Assembly (NCBI GenBank): GCA_948442255.1
Contig: CAOJRT010000005.1
Coordinates: 533 to 64,532 of the forward strand
Direction of reading: 5' to 3'
From: an uncultured Bacillales bacterium
GTDB lineage: Bacteria; Bacillota_I; Bacilli_A; RF39; UBA660
Length of the DNA: 64,000 bases
This document shows, in pieces, positions 18,368 to 28,470 of the stretch (positions are counted from its first letter, which is position 1; each line of letters begins with the position of its first letter). A program made the position numbers and the translations under genes. The notes under the pieces are model-generated. The model saw only the letters and a program-made list of their open reading frames with translations. It did no database searches and was not told where the DNA came from.

Positions 18368-20620
18368 TTAATGCAATATTTCACCAATAATTTTTTCTAA
18401 ATCTTCTTTAGAGAATGGTTTGCTTAAATATCCTGCAAAAGGATGACTCTGTAATTTCTCTTTTACCTCTTCTTCACTAGACGCTGTCATCATTATAACA
18501 GGAGTACTAAAGTTTTCTAAAGAACTCAAATTATCTAACGTAGAACAGCCATCTAACTCAGGCATCATTTCATCAAGAAAAATAAGATCGAAGTTTTCTT
18601 CAATACATTTTTCTATAGCCTGACTTCCACTTGTTACCGTAGTAACAACACAATCATATTGTTTTAATGCATTTAAGGCAACTTTTAAATTTAATTCATT
18701 ATCATCTACTAGTAGAATCTTCTTCCCTTTATAACTCACTTTATTATCACTTTCTAACAAAGAAGAATCAAGTATAGAAGAAGCATAATTCGTGCTACTT
18801 GCATTCATCGTATCTGTACTTTTTTTATGGAGATAAGTTTTAATAACACGCTCTAATTCCTTTTTTTCAATTGGTTTAGATAAATAATCATCAAATCCAC
18901 AAGCAAGATATTCTTCTTTCATTCCTGTTATTGCATTCGCTGTTAAAGCTATTGTAGGGATATGAAAATTAGGATTACTTTTTAATCTTTTGATGGTTTC
19001 CTTCCCAGATAGTTTTGGCATCATATCATCTAAGAATATCAAATCGTAGGAATCGTCTTTTTTTATTTTTGCTAGACATTCTAATCCGCCACTCGCTGTA
19101 TCAATCGTAAAATTATACTTTTTTAATAAAGTAGAAGCTACTTTAATATTTAAAGCATTATCATCTACAAGTAAGATTCTAGCTCCCTTTGCATCTATAA
19201 TTTTAGAATTAGACAAAGCATCTTCGATTTTTTTAGGTGCTTCTACCGAAATAATTCTTTGATCAATCGAAATAGTAAACTTAGAACCTTCTCCATAAAC
19301 CGATTGTACAACAATTTTTCCATTCATCAACTCAATTAGTTTTTTAGTAATTGCAAGGCCTAAACCTGTTCCTTCGATTGTCAGTTGTTTTTCCACATCC
19401 AATCGTTCAAATTTAGAAAACAATTTAGGCAAAGATTCTTCTTTAATACCAATACCACTATCTTCTACAGAAACAATTAATCGGCATACATTATCTTTTA
19501 CAACACTAGAAACTGTGAAATCAACATACCCTTCTTTCGTATATTTAACAGCATTCGTTAATATATTTAAAATAATTTGTTTTAAACGAATATTATCTCC
19601 ATATAATACTCTTGGTAAAGAAGGATCTATATGGACTCTAAAAGCAAGTCCTTTATCTCCAATACGAGCCTTAGTTAAAGCGATTAGTTCATCAAATACT
19701 TCTTTTATATCATATTCTTTATTAATAATTTCTAATTTATTCGCCTCTATTTTCGATATATCTAGAATTCCATTTACTATTTCAAGTAAATTATTTGAAG
19801 CCATAATGATATCATCTACTTTTTCTCGAGCAGATAGAGGGATTGAGTCATCTTTTAAACTTTCAGAAAAACCAACAATTGCATTTAAAGGGGTTCTAAT
19901 CTCATGGGACATATTACTTAAGAAGTCTGATTTGGCATGATTTGCTTTTTCTGCCGCTTCTTTAGCCGTTCCTAATTCCTCAATTAACTTCATATCAGGA
20001 TTTTCAATTGTAAAATAGGTTATATATGTAATAAATGTCTCTAAAGGCGTAATTAATAGTAGTCCAGGCACTTTAAATTGTATAATAGCAACTATCCCAC
20101 TTAATAAGGTATAAATAAAAATAGGATAATACTTTCTAGCCTGCATATGTTTAAAATGAATTATAACACTTATAATATTTATAAAAACAAAAATGACACT
20201 TATAAAATACACAAAGTTTTGGGCACTTCCCACAATAGCAGGTCCAAATTTAGTATTTATAAAGGAAATATCCCCTAATAGTACACTTATACAACAAAAA
20301 ATTATAAAAATATAGTATAAACATAAAACTTTTTTACTTCGTTCCTTAGAAAGAAATAAAATATACAATGTAAATAGAGCTATCCATATAATTAAAATTA
20401 ACAAATATGCTTTAAGAATGGCCTCACTAAAAATAGGAATTATATTAACTGAAAAAAAAGTACAAAAAAACTCCATAAACAAAGAAATACAGTTAACTAT
20501 CATTATATATTTAAATATTTTATTCTGTTTATTTTGCAGTCTTTTTTTCGAAAAGAATTCTAAAATTAATAACAGGCTAAAAAATATACTAAGAATTGGC
20601 AGCATTAATGCAATCGTCAT
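18368..20620 (-). CDS. Hybrid sensor histidine kinase with two receiver domains (paralogue of 14531..16417)
   Basis: Polytopic N-terminus, H-box SHEIRTPLNAIVGF, DSGIGI and GTGLGLAI, then two REC domains (ILLVDDNALN..FLDDMMP and ILLVDDNELN..FLDEMMP). Confidence 0.9.
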   Translation of the reverse strand: MTIALMLPILSIFFSLLLILEFFSKKRLQNKQNKIFKYIMIVNCISLFMEFFCTFFSVNIIPIFSEAILKAYLLILIIWIALFTLYILFLSKERSKKVLCLYYIFIIFCCISVLLGDISFINTKFGPAIVGSAQNFVYFISVIFVFINIISVIIHFKHMQARKYYPIFIYTLLSGIVAIIQFKVPGLLLITPLETFITYITYFTIENPDMKLIEELGTAKEAAEKANHAKSDFLSNMSHEIRTPLNAIVGFSESLKDDSIPLSAREKVDDIIMASNNLLEIVNGILDISKIEANKLEIINKEYDIKEVFDELIALTKARIGDKGLAFRVHIDPSLPRVLYGDNIRLKQIILNILTNAVKYTKEGYVDFTVSSVVKDNVCRLIVSVEDSGIGIKEESLPKLFSKFERLDVEKQLTIEGTGLGLAITKKLIELMNGKIVVQSVYGEGSKFTISIDQRIISVEAPKKIEDALSNSKIIDAKGARILLVDDNALNIKVASTLLKKYNFTIDTASGGLECLAKIKKDDSYDLIFLDDMMPKLSGKETIKRLKSNPNFHIPTIALTANAITGMKEEYLACGFDDYLSKPIEKKELERVIKTYLHKKSTDTMNASSTNYASSILDSSLLESDNKVSYKGKKILLVDDNELNLKVALNALKQYDCVVTTVTSGSQAIEKCIEENFDLIFLDEMMPELDGCSTLDNLSSLENFSTPVIMMTASSEEEVKEKLQSHPFAGYLSKPFSKEDLEKIIGEILH

Positions 20621-20680
20621 ACTATCACCTATATTATTATAACATTTCTAAAAAAGAAAAAGAAGATTTTATTATAGCAT

Positions 20681-22705
20681 TTATCTTCTTTTTCTTAATT
20701 TAGCTTCGTCTTCAATTAATTGTTTTGTTCCTTCTATACCTAGTTCTTTTATCTTTTGTACACTTCTTTTACAACTTCCAGTAACTGGGAAGTCCCCTTT
20801 TATTCTTCTAATTCTTACTTTGGATAAAATACTATTTCCAAACTTTTGTATCAAAACATTTCTTATATCTTCCTCTATTTCTTTCTCTAAAGAGGAGGTC
20901 ATTTTTAAAACTTTTCTGTTACGATCCATTTTAGTTTTACAAGGGATATAATTGATTATTAAAAATTCTTGATTATATTCAATCGTGGTTACTGAAAATA
21001 TTCTATTCAAATTGGAAATAGTTTCATTTATTAAATTAGCACTATATTTTACATTTTCCTCAGAAGTATATATTTGCTCATACCTACCATGTATACTTAC
21101 TGTATTATTTCTATTTATTTTACCCTCAGTGTGCATAAAACACCAAGTTCTTCCATAAGCATCTGTAATTTGAGTTTTAAGCGTCTCTTCATCATTCCCT
21201 TTATAACCCTTAAAAGTTCCATGAGTTGGGCTAGTAACTATAATACCATTTTGATCATAATCTTTTTCTTCTAAAGTATCAGGATCTAAAACAGCAACAA
21301 TTACATCAGAATAGCTTTCTAAACTATATTTCACTTTGTCTTGATTATTTATATTTAATAAATTTTTAAAAGACCTAAACATTGTAAAAAAGATTCCTCC
21401 TCTTTCACAATCTCCCCCCCCTACAGACATAGTAATAGGGATTGGAATAGTATAATTGCCTAATTTAAAACCTTTTCCTGCCTTAAAGAAATGAAGAAAT
21501 GAATTTAATAATTTTTCTTCATTTACCATTAAGCCCTCTCCTACTGCGCATGGGACAAGTAGCCATTTCATTGGTTCATATATACCCTCTCGATAATATT
21601 TTTTACCCATTTTGGCAGCAGCAATATATAAACTAGTTGTGCTCGCAGCTATATTAGGCTGATTTATATATAAAACATCCAAAAAAGTTTCTAAACTATA
21701 TTCTGGTTCAAAAGCTACAATTCCTCCTTGAAAAATAATATCTAGCATTTGTGTTATATTTCCTGTATTAGAATCTACATGTATATTAAATAACGATTTT
21801 AGTCCTTTCATAGAAGCCGTTTTTGCAATTTCTGGTTTATGCCTAATTGAACTAATAATAACAGAACCATTATCGTGAAACATAGCTTTAGGATTTAAAG
21901 CTGTAGACCCACTAGTGTAAGTTACAGAAGAAACTTCTTCAAATGAAGCATTCCTATCATATATTTTTTTTATTAAATCCTTATCAATTTCTAAATCTAA
22001 GAGTTTAGAAAAAGGTGTAATATTAGAATTTTCTTTCTTTAATTGTTCTACACTACTTTGATAAGAGTAGTACTTATTTAGCTTTTTCCTCATCTCATTA
22101 GAATATTCTTTTGGAGGACAACATTCACTTGTCAAAGAGTCCGCCAAAGAATTAAGGACTATCTTTCTTCCACATGGTATTATGTTTTTTAGAAGAATAT
22201 AATCTTTATCTGTCATAAATATAGCTTTACAAGAAGTCGAAGTTATGATAGATTCGAGCATTTCTGTAGAATAAGCACTAACAAAGCTATTACATATTGC
22301 TCCAATTGCGTTTAGAGCACATTTTATATACAAATACTCTGGCGTATTTGACATACAAATAGCAATTTCATCTCCCTGACGAATTCCTAAAACTTTATAT
22401 ACATAAGTAATTGTTTTTTCAATGTTTTCAATAAGTTCTCTTCCAGAAATATTTCTTCCTCTATAAAATGCACAAATTCTGTTTAAGTCCTCTTCTAAAA
22501 CTTTTTTCATTTGATAGAACCAACTTTGATTCTTTTCTCTAGTATAATCACTCCATTTTTGTTCAATAAGTTCTTTCCTAGCTGCTTTAGTTCTTTCTTG
22601 GACCTGTGATGGTTTATTAAATAAAGCTAAACCTCTTTCATTTATTTGGCAATTGTTCAACTTTTTTATATATTCTTTTGCTTTTTTCAAGCCGATTTTA
22701 TCCAT
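20681..22705 (-). CDS. Divergent ANL-superfamily adenylate-forming enzyme (acyl-CoA/acyl-ACP synthetase-like)
   Basis: AMP-binding core TYTSGSTALNPKA and a C-terminal PVTGSCKRS (the A10-like lysine). An ATG at 22705 follows GGGGGA (the ORF track extends to 22804). Contains a G8 tract at 21414..21421. Confidence 0.65.
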   Translation of the reverse strand: MDKIGLKKAKEYIKKLNNCQINERGLALFNKPSQVQERTKAARKELIEQKWSDYTREKNQSWFYQMKKVLEEDLNRICAFYRGRNISGRELIENIEKTITYVYKVLGIRQGDEIAICMSNTPEYLYIKCALNAIGAICNSFVSAYSTEMLESIITSTSCKAIFMTDKDYILLKNIIPCGRKIVLNSLADSLTSECCPPKEYSNEMRKKLNKYYSYQSSVEQLKKENSNITPFSKLLDLEIDKDLIKKIYDRNASFEEVSSVTYTSGSTALNPKAMFHDNGSVIISSIRHKPEIAKTASMKGLKSLFNIHVDSNTGNITQMLDIIFQGGIVAFEPEYSLETFLDVLYINQPNIAASTTSLYIAAAKMGKKYYREGIYEPMKWLLVPCAVGEGLMVNEEKLLNSFLHFFKAGKGFKLGNYTIPIPITMSVGGGDCERGGIFFTMFRSFKNLLNINNQDKVKYSLESYSDVIVAVLDPDTLEEKDYDQNGIIVTSPTHGTFKGYKGNDEETLKTQITDAYGRTWCFMHTEGKINRNNTVSIHGRYEQIYTSEENVKYSANLINETISNLNRIFSVTTIEYNQEFLIINYIPCKTKMDRNRKVLKMTSSLEKEIEEDIRNVLIQKFGNSILSKVRIRRIKGDFPVTGSCKRSVQKIKELGIEGTKQLIEDEAKLRKRR

Positions 22706-22842
22706 TCTATTTTCCCCCACAATCTCTAAATAATTGTACGTTATTTTTAGTAAATTGGCAAGATTTACTAAACATTTTTTAAAGATTATATGCAAATTTA
22801 GCATTAAAATTCCGTTTTAGAAAGAATAATATTAAGATTTTC

Positions 22843-24390
22843 TTATTCCTTCTCCATTATTTTTATAGCCACTTTAATTCCATCTACTGCAGCAGAAGTA
22901 ATTCCTCCCGCATAACCAGCTCCTTCCCCACAAGGATAAATGCCCTCTATATTCGATTCTAAAACCTCATTGCGCAAAATAGTAACTGGAGAGGAAGAAC
23001 GTGTTTCTACTCCCGTTAAAATAGCATCAGGATGGGCAAAACCATTTATCTTTGTATCAAAATACTTAATTCCATCTTTTAGAGTCTTGGCTACAAAGGA
23101 AGGTAATATATCATTTAGATTAGATAATGTATACCCTGGCTTATAGGTAGGAATAATACTTCCTATTGAAGCAGATTTCCGATTAAGTAAGAAATCTTCT
23201 ACTCTCTGTACAGGCGCAAAGCCATTCTCTCCTCCAATAAGGTAAGCACTCTTTTCTAATTTTTCTTGAAAATACATACCAGCAAGAGGATCTTCACTTG
23301 CAAAATCAGATTCTAATATATTCACAAGGATAGCACTATTTGCATTTTCTTTATCTCTTTTGAAAGTTGACATCCCATTCGTAACAATGGCTCCCTTTTC
23401 TGAAGAAGAAGCAATAACTTCTCCACCAGGACACATACAGAAGGTAAAACAACTTCTTTCTGCATTATGATAAGCAAGTTTATACTCAGCTGGCGGTAAT
23501 GCTAACTTAGAATAAGTTCCATACTGACTTTCATTTATCATTTGCTGTTTATGCTCTATACGAAGCCCTACAGCAAAATTCTTCTTTCGTAAAGCAAAGT
23601 TATTTTTCTGTAACATTCTATATGTGTCTCTTGCACTATGTCCTATAGCTAAAACCAAAGCATCTGTCTTAAATTCTTGATTTTCACAAATTACATGAAT
23701 CATATCTTCTCTTTTTATATCTATCATTTTAGTACCAAAATAATAAGTACCACCCTTTTTTTCAATATAATCTCGTATATTCTTTAGAATATAAACTAAA
23801 TTATCTGTTCCAATGTGCGGTTTATTTAAATAGGTAATTTCTTTTGGTGCACCAAATTGATGAAAATAGGATAAAACTTTTTTTATATAAGGAGAAGAAA
23901 TTCCTGTTGTTAGTTTGCCATCACTGAACGTTCCTGCTCCTCCTTCGCCGAATTGAACATTGCATCGCTCATTTAGATTACCTGTATTTCGATATTCTTC
24001 GACAAAACGCATTCTTTCTTCAACACTTGCTCCCTGTTCCAAAATAATAGGTTGAAATCCATGATCAACAAGAGTAAGTGCGCAAAAAAGACCCGCAGGA
24101 CCCGCCCCTACAATAATAGGTCGCCATTGTGATTTCCTTACAACTTGTATTAGTTCTTCTTCTTTTTCTTCTACTTTTTTAAACTTGGGATATTTACTTT
24201 CTTTTTTTACATTAACTGCTAAAGAATAGTTATAATAAATATCTTTTTTATCTCTTGCATCTATCGACTTTTTCAATATCCTAATAGCAAGAACATCTTC
24301 TTTAGCAATTTTATACTTAGTTAAAACAAAAGAAATAATTTCTTCTTCCGCTAAATCTTCTCTAATTTTTATATTATCTATGCGTAACAT
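22843..24390 (-). CDS. FAD-dependent oxidoreductase (COG2509-like, function unknown)
   Basis: Rossmann GxGxxG (IIVGAGPAGLFCAL) after a ~85-aa N-terminal domain, and a C-terminal GEGAGYAGGI. Confidence 0.75.
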   Translation of the reverse strand: MLRIDNIKIREDLAEEEIISFVLTKYKIAKEDVLAIRILKKSIDARDKKDIYYNYSLAVNVKKESKYPKFKKVEEKEEELIQVVRKSQWRPIIVGAGPAGLFCALTLVDHGFQPIILEQGASVEERMRFVEEYRNTGNLNERCNVQFGEGGAGTFSDGKLTTGISSPYIKKVLSYFHQFGAPKEITYLNKPHIGTDNLVYILKNIRDYIEKKGGTYYFGTKMIDIKREDMIHVICENQEFKTDALVLAIGHSARDTYRMLQKNNFALRKKNFAVGLRIEHKQQMINESQYGTYSKLALPPAEYKLAYHNAERSCFTFCMCPGGEVIASSSEKGAIVTNGMSTFKRDKENANSAILVNILESDFASEDPLAGMYFQEKLEKSAYLIGGENGFAPVQRVEDFLLNRKSASIGSIIPTYKPGYTLSNLNDILPSFVAKTLKDGIKYFDTKINGFAHPDAILTGVETRSSSPVTILRNEVLESNIEGIYPCGEGAGYAGGITSAAVDGIKVAIKIMEKE

Positions 24391-24408
24391 AAAATTTCAC
24401 CCATAAAA

Positions 24409-24417
24409 ATTATAACA
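24409..24417 (-). promoter_or_regulatory. Extended -10 (TGtTATAAT on the minus strand) for the FAD-protein/phosphorelay operon
   Basis: Immediately follows the rbr terminator T-run; the downstream RBS is GGGTGA. Confidence 0.5.
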
Positions 24418-24437
24418 AAAAAAAGACACGAAGTCTT
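24417..24437 (-). terminator. Rho-independent terminator of rubrerythrin
   Basis: The minus strand reads AAGAC-ttcgt-GTCTT followed by T8, starting 5 nt after the stop. Confidence 0.65.
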
Positions 24438-24441
24438 CTTC

Positions 24442-24981
24442 TTAATAATTTTCTGCTTGAAGTTCAAAATAACTTTTTGGATGTGCACATACAGGACATA
24501 CTTCTGGCGCTTTTTTACCAATAACAATATGACCACAATTTCTACAAATCCAGATTGCATCTTCGTCTTTACTAAATACAACTTGATCTTCCATATTTTT
24601 TAGAAGTTTTCTATATCTTTCTTCATGATGTTTTTCAATAGCTCCCACTGCTCTAAATTTAGCAGCTATTGCTTTGAATCCTTCTTCTTCAGCTACACGA
24701 GCAAACTCATCATACATGTCAGTCCACTCGTAGTTTTCTCCTCCAGCAGCTGCAAGTAAATTTTCTTCTGTAGATGGAATATCTCCACCATTTAATTCTT
24801 TAAACCACATTTTAGCATGTTCTTTTTCATTATTTGCTGTTTCTTCAAAAATAGCTGCAATTTGTTCATATCCATCCTTTTTAGCTTTTGATGCAAAATA
24901 AGTATACTTATTTCTAGCTTGAGATTCCCCTGCAAAAGCTGTCATTAAATTTTGTTCTGTTTTTGAACCTTTTAATTCCAT
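24442..24981 (-). CDS. rbr: Rubrerythrin
   Basis: [30 protein letters not shown], the EH pair of the diiron site, and a C-terminal rubredoxin CRNCGH..CPVCAH. An ATG at 24981 follows AAGGAG (the ORF-track extension to 25074 is rejected). Confidence 0.92.
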   Translation of the reverse strand: MELKGSKTEQNLMTAFAGESQARNKYTYFASKAKKDGYEQIAAIFEETANNEKEHAKMWFKELNGGDIPSTEENLLAAAGGENYEWTDMYDEFARVAEEEGFKAIAAKFRAVGAIEKHHEERYRKLLKNMEDQVVFSKDEDAIWICRNCGHIVIGKKAPEVCPVCAHPKSYFELQAENY

Positions 24982-25082
24982 ATATAACACTCCTTCTTTA
25001 TGAACTGATTGTTCTTCTTTATTATAGCAAATTTTTTCAAAAGTGAATAGAAAAGAAATACTTTTTTCTATCATTTTAGAAA

Positions 25083-25862
25083 CTATTTTATATCTTTATT
25101 CTCAAATGATAAACGCTGTAATTCTAATCTTTCCTGCCTACGAGCAGATAAAACTTCTTTTGGCAAACGTATCTTGCGTATATTTTCTATCATTTCTTTA
25201 AATGGTTGACAATCTTGCACTGTTTTCGTAAGAAAAAATTGCAAAACAACTTCTGGAGAAAACCAAAATAACAAGTTCCCATCTTTATCAATGGCAAAAG
25301 CAAGTATAGATTTTTTTTCTGTATCTTCCATAATAAGAGTCGAATGAAGGGTATGAGGGTCAATTACCACAGTAGCAGTCCCTGCTTCATTTTTAGAAAT
25401 AGAAACGATTGGGTCTACATCTGCAAAAACATCCTCGTGAGAAATATAGGTAGAAATTAAAGAGTATATAGTTTCCTTCTTAGCAACGAGGAAATGATAG
25501 CAATTCATAGAATCGAAAGCTACATCCTCTCCCATTTCCTTTATAAAAAAAGAAGCTGGAAAAAGAGAACTAATTTCTTCTTTTTGTAAACATTTTTCTC
25601 CCGCTATGTCAATAACAAAATAGCGCTGTTTTGATAGTTGAACAATAAGATAAAGTCTCCCATTTACTTTTTGACACTTTATCTTAGATACAACAAATGT
25701 TTTTTCTAAATTCTCTTTTTGAAGCAAAGTATTTACCCCTTGCCAAACGAAACTTTCCTCTTTAATCGCTTGAAGAGCATCTTCTAACAACAATGTATCT
25801 GCTTTAGGAGCAAGTAAATCTTCCATTAAGCTTTTTTCGTAATCTTGTACTACACTTTCCAT
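25083..25862 (-). CDS. Hypothetical protein (259 aa)
   Basis: An ATG at 25862 follows AAGGAAGG. No motif recognised. Confidence 0.55.
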   Translation of the reverse strand: MESVVQDYEKSLMEDLLAPKADTLLLEDALQAIKEESFVWQGVNTLLQKENLEKTFVVSKIKCQKVNGRLYLIVQLSKQRYFVIDIAGEKCLQKEEISSLFPASFFIKEMGEDVAFDSMNCYHFLVAKKETIYSLISTYISHEDVFADVDPIVSISKNEAGTATVVIDPHTLHSTLIMEDTEKKSILAFAIDKDGNLLFWFSPEVVLQFFLTKTVQDCQPFKEMIENIRKIRLPKEVLSARRQERLELQRLSFENKDIK

Positions 25863-26086
25863 AACAAAACCTTCCTTTACTATCATTATACAAGAAAATA
25901 AATAGATATACTTATAACTTTTTGTTATAGAAGCATTCGTTTTATCTATAAAATAGTATGATATTTTAAAGGATTTGCGATTTTTTTTATTTTAAAATCT
26001 AAGGCTCTATGTTGATAGACCTTAAGAATCCCTATCAAGATGTTCTCTTTTTCTCCTCTCATTTTGGTAGGAGAAAAACACACATA

Positions 26087-27169
26087 TTATTCTTTTTTAC
26101 TAATTCCTAGAATAATTCCAACAGAAATCAATGAAACAAGTAAAGATGATCCTCCATAAGAAATAAAAGGTAAAGTAACTCCTGTAGTCGGTATAATTCC
26201 GCATACAACGCATAGATTTAGTGTGGCTTGTAACAAGATTCCAAAAGAAAGACCGAACACTAAATATTTTTTAAACAAATCACTTTCATTTAATGCTATT
26301 TTAACAGAACGATAAAATAAAAAGACAAATAAACCGATAACAAATAAAGCTCCTGGGAACCCTAACTCTTCTACAATAATACTAAAAATAAAATCCGTTT
26401 GTGGTTCTGGTAAATAAAAGTTTTTCTGTACAGAAGAGCCAAGCCCTGTCCCTAGAAGTCCAGAAGGAGCTATGGCATATAAACTTTGAATAATTTGAAA
26501 TCCACTTCCTAAAGGATCACTCCAGGGATTTAAATAAGCAACAATTCTGGCCATGCGGTAAGGGGCGATTGCAATTAAAAGGGCAATACCAAACAATCCC
26601 ACCAAGCCAATTTTGATAAAAAAGGACAAATTGGGTCCTGCCACAAAAATCATAACAATCAAAGTTAAAATTATAACCATAGCTGTACCAAAATCAGGTT
26701 CTAACATGATAAGTAAGAAAAAAACACAAATCACTAAAAATAAAGGCAAAATCCCCTTTTTTATACTTTTAATATCTCGTTCATTGTGCGCTAAATACTT
26801 TGCTGTAAAAATAATTAACGCTATTTTGGAAAATTCAGAAGGTTGGATTCCTAAAGAACCAATTCCAAACCAACTTCTAGAACCATTTCTTACACTTCCA
26901 ATTCCAGGAATTAGAACGAGTATTAAAAAAATTAACGATAAAAATAACAAACGATTCGCATTTTTTTTATAAAAATCAGGTGGAATACGTATTAATAAAA
27001 ATATAAGAAAAATCCCTACTCCAAAGAAAATTGCTTGAGCAGTCACAAATTTGTAGGGATTATGGAACTTATATTCTGCCCATATATTCGAAGAAGAATA
27101 AATCATCAGTATTCCAAATAAGATAAGAAGGATAACAGAGAAAAATAAAGATTTATCTATTTTTTTCAT
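26087..27169 (-). CDS. ftsW: SEDS-family peptidoglycan polymerase FtsW/RodA/SpoVE
   Basis: About 10 TM helices, GSRSWF..GSLGIQPSEFSK and PFISYGGSS motifs, in dcw context. Confidence 0.88.
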   Translation of the reverse strand: MKKIDKSLFFSVILLILFGILMIYSSSNIWAEYKFHNPYKFVTAQAIFFGVGIFLIFLLIRIPPDFYKKNANRLLFLSLIFLILVLIPGIGSVRNGSRSWFGIGSLGIQPSEFSKIALIIFTAKYLAHNERDIKSIKKGILPLFLVICVFFLLIMLEPDFGTAMVIILTLIVMIFVAGPNLSFFIKIGLVGLFGIALLIAIAPYRMARIVAYLNPWSDPLGSGFQIIQSLYAIAPSGLLGTGLGSSVQKNFYLPEPQTDFIFSIIVEELGFPGALFVIGLFVFLFYRSVKIALNESDLFKKYLVFGLSFGILLQATLNLCVVCGIIPTTGVTLPFISYGGSSLLVSLISVGIILGISKKE

Positions 27170-27207
27170 AGGACCACCTATAGTATCTTATGGTAAAACT
27201 CCTTTTT

Positions 27208-28413
27208 TTAGTATTTTTTCTTCTTGTTTGATAAAACATTTGATAGAAAAAGGAGGAGAATAACAATTAACAAGACAACCATAACTAGAATAGAAATTCT
27301 TTTCTGCTCTTCCATTTGAAAGATAGAATCAGTTAAATAAACATGATAAGTAGCGACAATATCATTTCCACTATATATATCAATATACCCCAAATTATCT
27401 CCTTTTTTATAGGAAGAATCAATCGCATCAACTATATGATAATCCAACGTAACATTTTGATAATCTTCATCTGATAAGACTGCTTTTACATCCCTTTCTG
27501 CTGTTACTACATATTCATTTATTGTACTCTCTTCTACTTTAATCTTTTTTAATATTGTTCCTTTTTTTATAAACGTTCTCTCTGCATAATAATTGGTACG
27601 AACGTAATCTAAAATTTGATAAGATTCTAAAATATGCGTAGTTAATTTCTCATTTAAAGAAGCATTACATAGAATAAGGATATAATCTGTATTTTGAATC
27701 GTTGCTGTAGAAGCAAGAAGTAAATTAGCCACCTCTGTATAACCTGGTTTATTCCCTGTAAAAATTGTATCATCTAGTCCATAATAAGTTAGCCATGATC
27801 TGGTATAATTAACTACTTCGACTCCATTAGACATTCTATATTGGGTTGTCGTAAATATTTTTTTAAATGTTTCGTTTTTCAAAGCTTCATTCAGTAAATA
27901 AGCCATCTCTCTAGGAGTTGATACATTGTGATCATCGCGACCAAAAGAGTCTGCAAAATAAGAATTACGCATATGGAGTTTCTGTGCTTCTATATTCATA
28001 AGAGCGACAAAATCCGCATCATTGCCTGCAACAACATGAGCAAGTGCCTGTGAGGCATCCGCAGCCGAATAAAGAAGCATTGCATATAATAAATCTTCTA
28101 TCGTAACGACATCATCTACTTCTAACCCAATTTGTGTAAATCCATATAAGTTATATAAATCGCTTTCATCTATTCGAACTTTTTCTTTTATATTTGGTAC
28201 ATGTTCTAATACCGTATATGCAGTCATAATCTTCGTTAATGAAGCAAGAACTACTTCCTGATCAGGATTTTTCTCATAAAGTGCCTTATCTTTTTCAATA
28301 TCGTACAAAAAAACACCCGTTGCTGTTACATCAACAGGAAGTTCTAAAGCATATAGAGTTGTAGGGAATAAAAGAAGAAAAAGAAAAAGAACTACTTTTT
28401 TCAACAAAATCAC
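27208..28413 (-). CDS. D-alanyl-D-alanine carboxypeptidase (S11, PBP5/DacA-like) with a C-terminal membrane anchor
   Basis: Signal peptide, SxxK (ASLTKIMT), KPGYT (KTG-like) and a C-terminal TM helix (ILVMVVLLIVILLLFL). The start codon is uncertain (GTG at 28413 or a nearby TTG). Confidence 0.8.
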   Translation of the reverse strand: MILLKKVVLFLFLLLFPTTLYALELPVDVTATGVFLYDIEKDKALYEKNPDQEVVLASLTKIMTAYTVLEHVPNIKEKVRIDESDLYNLYGFTQIGLEVDDVVTIEDLLYAMLLYSAADASQALAHVVAGNDADFVALMNIEAQKLHMRNSYFADSFGRDDHNVSTPREMAYLLNEALKNETFKKIFTTTQYRMSNGVEVVNYTRSWLTYYGLDDTIFTGNKPGYTEVANLLLASTATIQNTDYILILCNASLNEKLTTHILESYQILDYVRTNYYAERTFIKKGTILKKIKVEESTINEYVVTAERDVKAVLSDEDYQNVTLDYHIVDAIDSSYKKGDNLGYIDIYSGNDIVATYHVYLTDSIFQMEEQKRISILVMVVLLIVILLLFLSNVLSNKKKKY

Positions 28414-28470
28414 TTCCTCTATTTTTTAATATTACCATATTTCTAAGATGAAAAAAAGCACTTTCCGTGC

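Noticed and set aside
24982-25074. N-terminal extensions proposed by the longest-ORF track for rubrerythrin. The same applies to the ANL enzyme (22706..22804), rsmH (57958..57990), the MBL hydrolase, the RsmB-like methyltransferase, the response regulator, pyk and others.
   Set aside because: In each case an internal ATG is preceded by a GGAGG-like RBS at 5-10 nt, and it reproduces the canonical N-terminus of the family (for example [33 protein letters not shown]).
25887-26086. 200-nt gap between ftsW and the 259-aa gene with the hairpins TTCTCCT..AGGAGAA and AAGGCTCTA..TAGACCTT, considered as a riboswitch or sRNA
   Set aside because: It matches no recognisable riboswitch consensus. The hairpins are short and are most simply weak ftsW terminators plus a promoter region.
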